Of a stretch of 64,000 bases of DNA, positions 58,196-64,000 are shown piece by piece. Location of the stretch: NCBI RefSeq assembly GCF_009914755.1, contig NC_060936.1; one strand, 5' to 3'. The DNA comes from the human T2T-CHM13v2.0 reference genome, Homo sapiens. Numbering within the stretch: the first letter of the stretch is position 1; every line of letters starts with the position of its first letter. The notes beneath the pieces were generated by a model that saw only the letters and a list, made by a program, of their open reading frames with translations, did no database searches and was not told the origin of the DNA. The translations under genes and the position numbers were made by a program.

Positions 58196-59797
58196 TAAAG
58201 GAACTAAGACCTGGTGGTTGCCTTTAGATCTCACAGTCTACAGGTAAAATGGATCTATAAAGAGGGCTGAAAAGTACAAATCATGGCAAGAAGGTGGCAG
58301 AGCAGGGACTAGGGGACAGCTAAAGGAGGGTCATGATCCCTTTGCCTGAGGGATCAATATTGCCCAGTAGTAACCCTAGAGCAGGTTCTTTAAGGATGAG
58401 TTTCCCAGGCAGTCAGGAAATGGGGAGGGAAATCCCTATGGTTTTGTGTATTGGCCCCAGTGAGAAGCAAGTGTGTCCCCTTCGGGAACTTGATGAGTAT
58501 AGATTTTAAAAAATATCTGGGAGAAGAGAAAGGCAAGGCATGGCAGATGTTACTAGATGTGGTAGACATGCCAAGTTTGGGTAGGAGGTATATGGGTTAG
58601 ATCTAGAGGGAAGCAGTTAGAAGTTGGGGAACAGGAAGCCTTTTACAACCAACCTCCCCTTGCTGAATGGATTATTACTTCATTAGAACTCAATGTTTAC
58701 CCACTACAGAATATTATCACTCATAGTCTTTATAGTCATATATTTGCCTGATTTTATCTCTTAAATAAGGCAATTGAGCCTAAAGATCAAGACTTTTTTT
58801 TTTTTGACAAGCTAGAAAGGTATCTGACACTCCTATTTGCTAAATATTTGTAGAAGGAAGAAAGAAGAGAGGAAGGAGAGGGATAAGGGAATTGAAATTG
58901 AGGAAAGGAAGGAATTTGAAACTGAAGAGTCATATGCTTTGCCACATAAACTCTGAAGGTCACACAGGATGGTAGTGCCAGCAGAAGAAGGAGGACGTTG
59001 AGTGAACCTGTGATTGAATGAGGAGGATGGTAGAGATGCTGGGAAGGTGAGAGTCAGGACAAGAAGGCTGAGGGCACCTTCCTCAAAGAAGTTGACATTC
59101 AGTGGAACGTTCAATGACAATTGCAAAGGAGTTTCAGAGGGCAGAATGGAATGGATTGGGAGAGGACTTGGTTAAGATTTACTGAAAACCCTGAACTTTT
59201 GGTAAATATTGCTCTGTGTGGGAAATGTTTCAATGAGAATTGACTCTTAATTAACTCTCACTCTTGGATATCCCTTGAACAAGTTGTCTGGAGAGTTCCT
59301 CAGGAGAATGTCTACTTGCAACAACAGTAATAATATTTATCAAGTGCTTGTGTTACCTCATAAACTCTCACACTAACCCTGTGAGGTATGTATTATTATC
59401 TTCCACTTCTTTTGAATGAAGACAGCTAGACTTAGAGTGGTTAAGAAGTGTTCACAGTCGTCACATTGCTCCTAAGTGGGCCACTACTACAGCCAAGGCA
59501 ACACATGCTAGAACCTGTCAGGTACCTGGGGAATATCAGAACTGCTGTCTGATCTCTGAAATTGAAATTAATTTCCTCAGTGACTCAATACCTACTGCCA
59601 CTCACTCAAGCCCTGCAAGTTCAAGCCAAATCATCCTGCCACCGCAGGAATGTGATGGGTCACGCTGCTACCTACTGAAAATGGGGATTTGGGTTAACTA
59701 GAGTAAAATACAGTAAGAATGGGTGAGAGGAGAGAAAAAGAATACTTCAGTTTAGGAAGCATAATACTACTTAAAATTTCCTGAGAAAGAATTTCTT

Positions 59798-59990
59798 CCC
59801 TTGGAAGTGCATCTTCCCAGGAGGTTGTGTCCTCACAGGGGGTGTCCTCACACGGGAAATAGCCCGCAGAGAGGCTCAGGTTGGAATTGGATTTGGAGCT
59901 GTCGTCCTTTCTGTCACTGTTAGAGGATGAATATGCAATGGAGTTCAAAGGCACAAATCTGTCAACTTGAGAAGCTTCAAAAAAGAACAG
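59798..59990 (-). pseudogene. Partial second copy of the 5' end of the C12orf71-like exon 1 (start codon mutated ATG>ATT)
   Basis: Direct repeat of 61592-61788; translates as ..IAYSSSNSDRKDDSSKSNSNLSLSAGYFPCEDTPCEDTTSWEDA. Confidence 0.85.
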
Positions 59991-60055
59991 CACATATGCT
60001 TTCAATGTGAGTCAAGATGGTGTGCTGGAAGAGGAAGACATGGGTAACAAGAACG

Positions 60056-60070
60056 TTTATTTTGTTTATT
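60056..60070 (-). terminator. Tandem AATAAA polyadenylation signals of the C12orf71-like unit
   Basis: tttatt at 60056-60061 and 60065-60070 on the + strand, 86-100 nt downstream of the exon-2 stop on the - strand. Confidence 0.55.
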
Positions 60071-60155
60071 GAGGAAAAAATAAACTATTGGGGATTATCA
60101 GTGGAATCCTATCTTATGGATTATTTTCAACTTTCCAAAAAGTTGAAAAATCTGT

Positions 60156-61734
<1,579 letters not shown>

Positions 61735-61807
61735 GGAGTTCAAAGGCACAAATCTCTCTCAACTTGAGAAGCTTCAAAAAAAGAAAAGAAGAAAAAAGAA
61801 AAAGTAG

Positions 61808-62209
<402 letters not shown>

Positions 62210-63149
62210 TGAAGTCTTATCCTATTTTTATAATCTCCCAGTGAAGGGCAGAAGAGGCAGCCCTCTGCCTTTCAAAACTTACTTCATTGTGTTATAATCC
62301 TCTCTACTAAGCATCTCCACCTCTCATCATTTGTCCTATTACAGTTTCAAGATCTTGTATCATAAAAGAAAAAGATCATTATATAAAATTGGAAAAATGT
62401 AGAAAAGTATGAAGACAAAAACAAACATGCCATGGTCCTACCTTCTAAAGGTAATAACTATCAAAACATTTTGATGGACTTCCTTATCTTTTCTATTTAT
62501 ATAAACACACACATATATATCTGTACATTTATATAATATATCCACATATCCATATATGTGAATGTGGCTATCACATCAGTTGAAACAGATTATTTTATGG
62601 CATAGCCTACAACAAACATATATATGGTTACTCTGCAATTGTTAATTCTTATTAATGACCATTAGGTGGTAGTTATTGTTTTACTAAATAAATCTGTAGT
62701 AAACCTGCTTTTCCATAAATCTTTGACTATGACCCTTATTTTTCTATGTGTAGGATTAATGGACCAAACATCACAAATATATTACAGTCTTCTGCTGGTT
62801 GATACCAAATTACTTTCCAGGAAGGTTTTGCTGTTTAGATGCCCATCCTCCCATCATCTGATGACACTTTTTAGTCCAGCTTTTTCTGTGAAGCCCCGGA
62901 AAGCAAGTAGGGCTGGAAGAATGCGTGCACACGCGCGCGCGCACAAACACACACACGCGCATACACACATGCGTGTGCTCACACACACACATGCACGCAA
63001 GACTGTCACACCCTGCTCTGGTGGCTGCCCACATGGAAGAAGTGCTGCTAACTCCTGAGGCAAGAAGGGGAGACGTGAGAAATCCTTCACATCCCGAGTC
63101 TCAGTGGCTAAAAGTCCAGCTGTCAGAAGTCTGTGTTCTGAGACTGTTG

Positions 63150-63163
63150 GTTACCATGGCAAC
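63150..63163. promoter_or_regulatory. RFX X-box motif GTTACCATGGCAAC
   Basis: Exact match to the GTTRCCATGGYAAC consensus; function not shown. Confidence 0.5.
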
Positions 63164-63179
63164 AGAAAGACCTGAATTA

Positions 63180-63607
<428 letters not shown>

Positions 63608-63753
63608 TTATGCCCATACCATCCCGGATTGAAGAGGATTCCTCTTGAGGGTAGAAGGACGAATGCATGGAGGTTACTTCTCTCTTGTCAGGTGGCTAAG
63701 ATGGTTCCCGTCCTTAGGAGATTTAGAGCTCTAAATAAGGGGCATGGGTATAA

Positions 63754-63755
<2 letters not shown>

Positions 63756-63799
<44 letters not shown>
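63756..63799. repeat. (AC)22 microsatellite
   Basis: Seen directly. Confidence 0.95.
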
Positions 63800-63802
<3 letters not shown>

Positions 63803-64000
63803 TACAAATGGCAAAAAGCCAAGAAACACTTATCTGACCTAAAAGAACCTCAACGCATTGGAATCTATCAATTTCTAAAGATCTTTTCCAAATATTTGTC
63901 TCCATTTCTGCTTAACAAGATTACAGTTAAAGTTTGCCATGACTCAGTCTCACTTTTTTCACTGTAGAACTGGCTTAAATTCGTTTGTTCTGTTAAATAA

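Noticed and set aside
63721-63736. 16-bp palindrome atttagagctctaaat (and a short hairpin at 35445-35467)
   Set aside because: About one such palindrome is expected by chance in 64 kb of AT-rich DNA.

Overview
Human/primate genomic DNA, AT-rich and mostly intronic, with no intact protein-coding exon. Most ORF-track entries are Alu, L1 or microsatellite read-throughs. The window appears to lie in the long 5' introns of PPFIBP1 (liprin-beta-1, + strand). An 88-nt non-coding exon at 45849-45936 has canonical splice sites and matches my recollection of the PPFIBP1 5'UTR. On the - strand at 60156-61734 is an unprocessed, two-exon, frameshifted paralogue of C12orf71. It retains its splice sites, 3'UTR poly(A) signals and an open exon 2, and a second partial copy of its 5' end lies at about 59798-59990. 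The rest is interspersed repeat: about 23 Alu-family elements, a 1.06-kb L1PA 3' end, MST/LTR16/MER31/MER34-like/MLT1 LTRs, and MER45/MER20/MER2/MADE1/MER58/MER102/MER82 DNA transposons, plus MIR/L2 relics. The most unusual signals are local copy or template-switch footprints: a perfect 22-bp hairpin (5420-5473), a ~200-bp templated insertion with an inverted Alu piece inside an Alu (7917-8144), a ~30-bp direct repeat bracketing an LTR, and a quasi-palindrome inside an Alu. There is also a strong candidate cryptic exon (27620-27739) and a perfect RFX X-box upstream of the C12orf71-like copy. Gene and repeat-family names come from memory of consensus sequences, not from searches.
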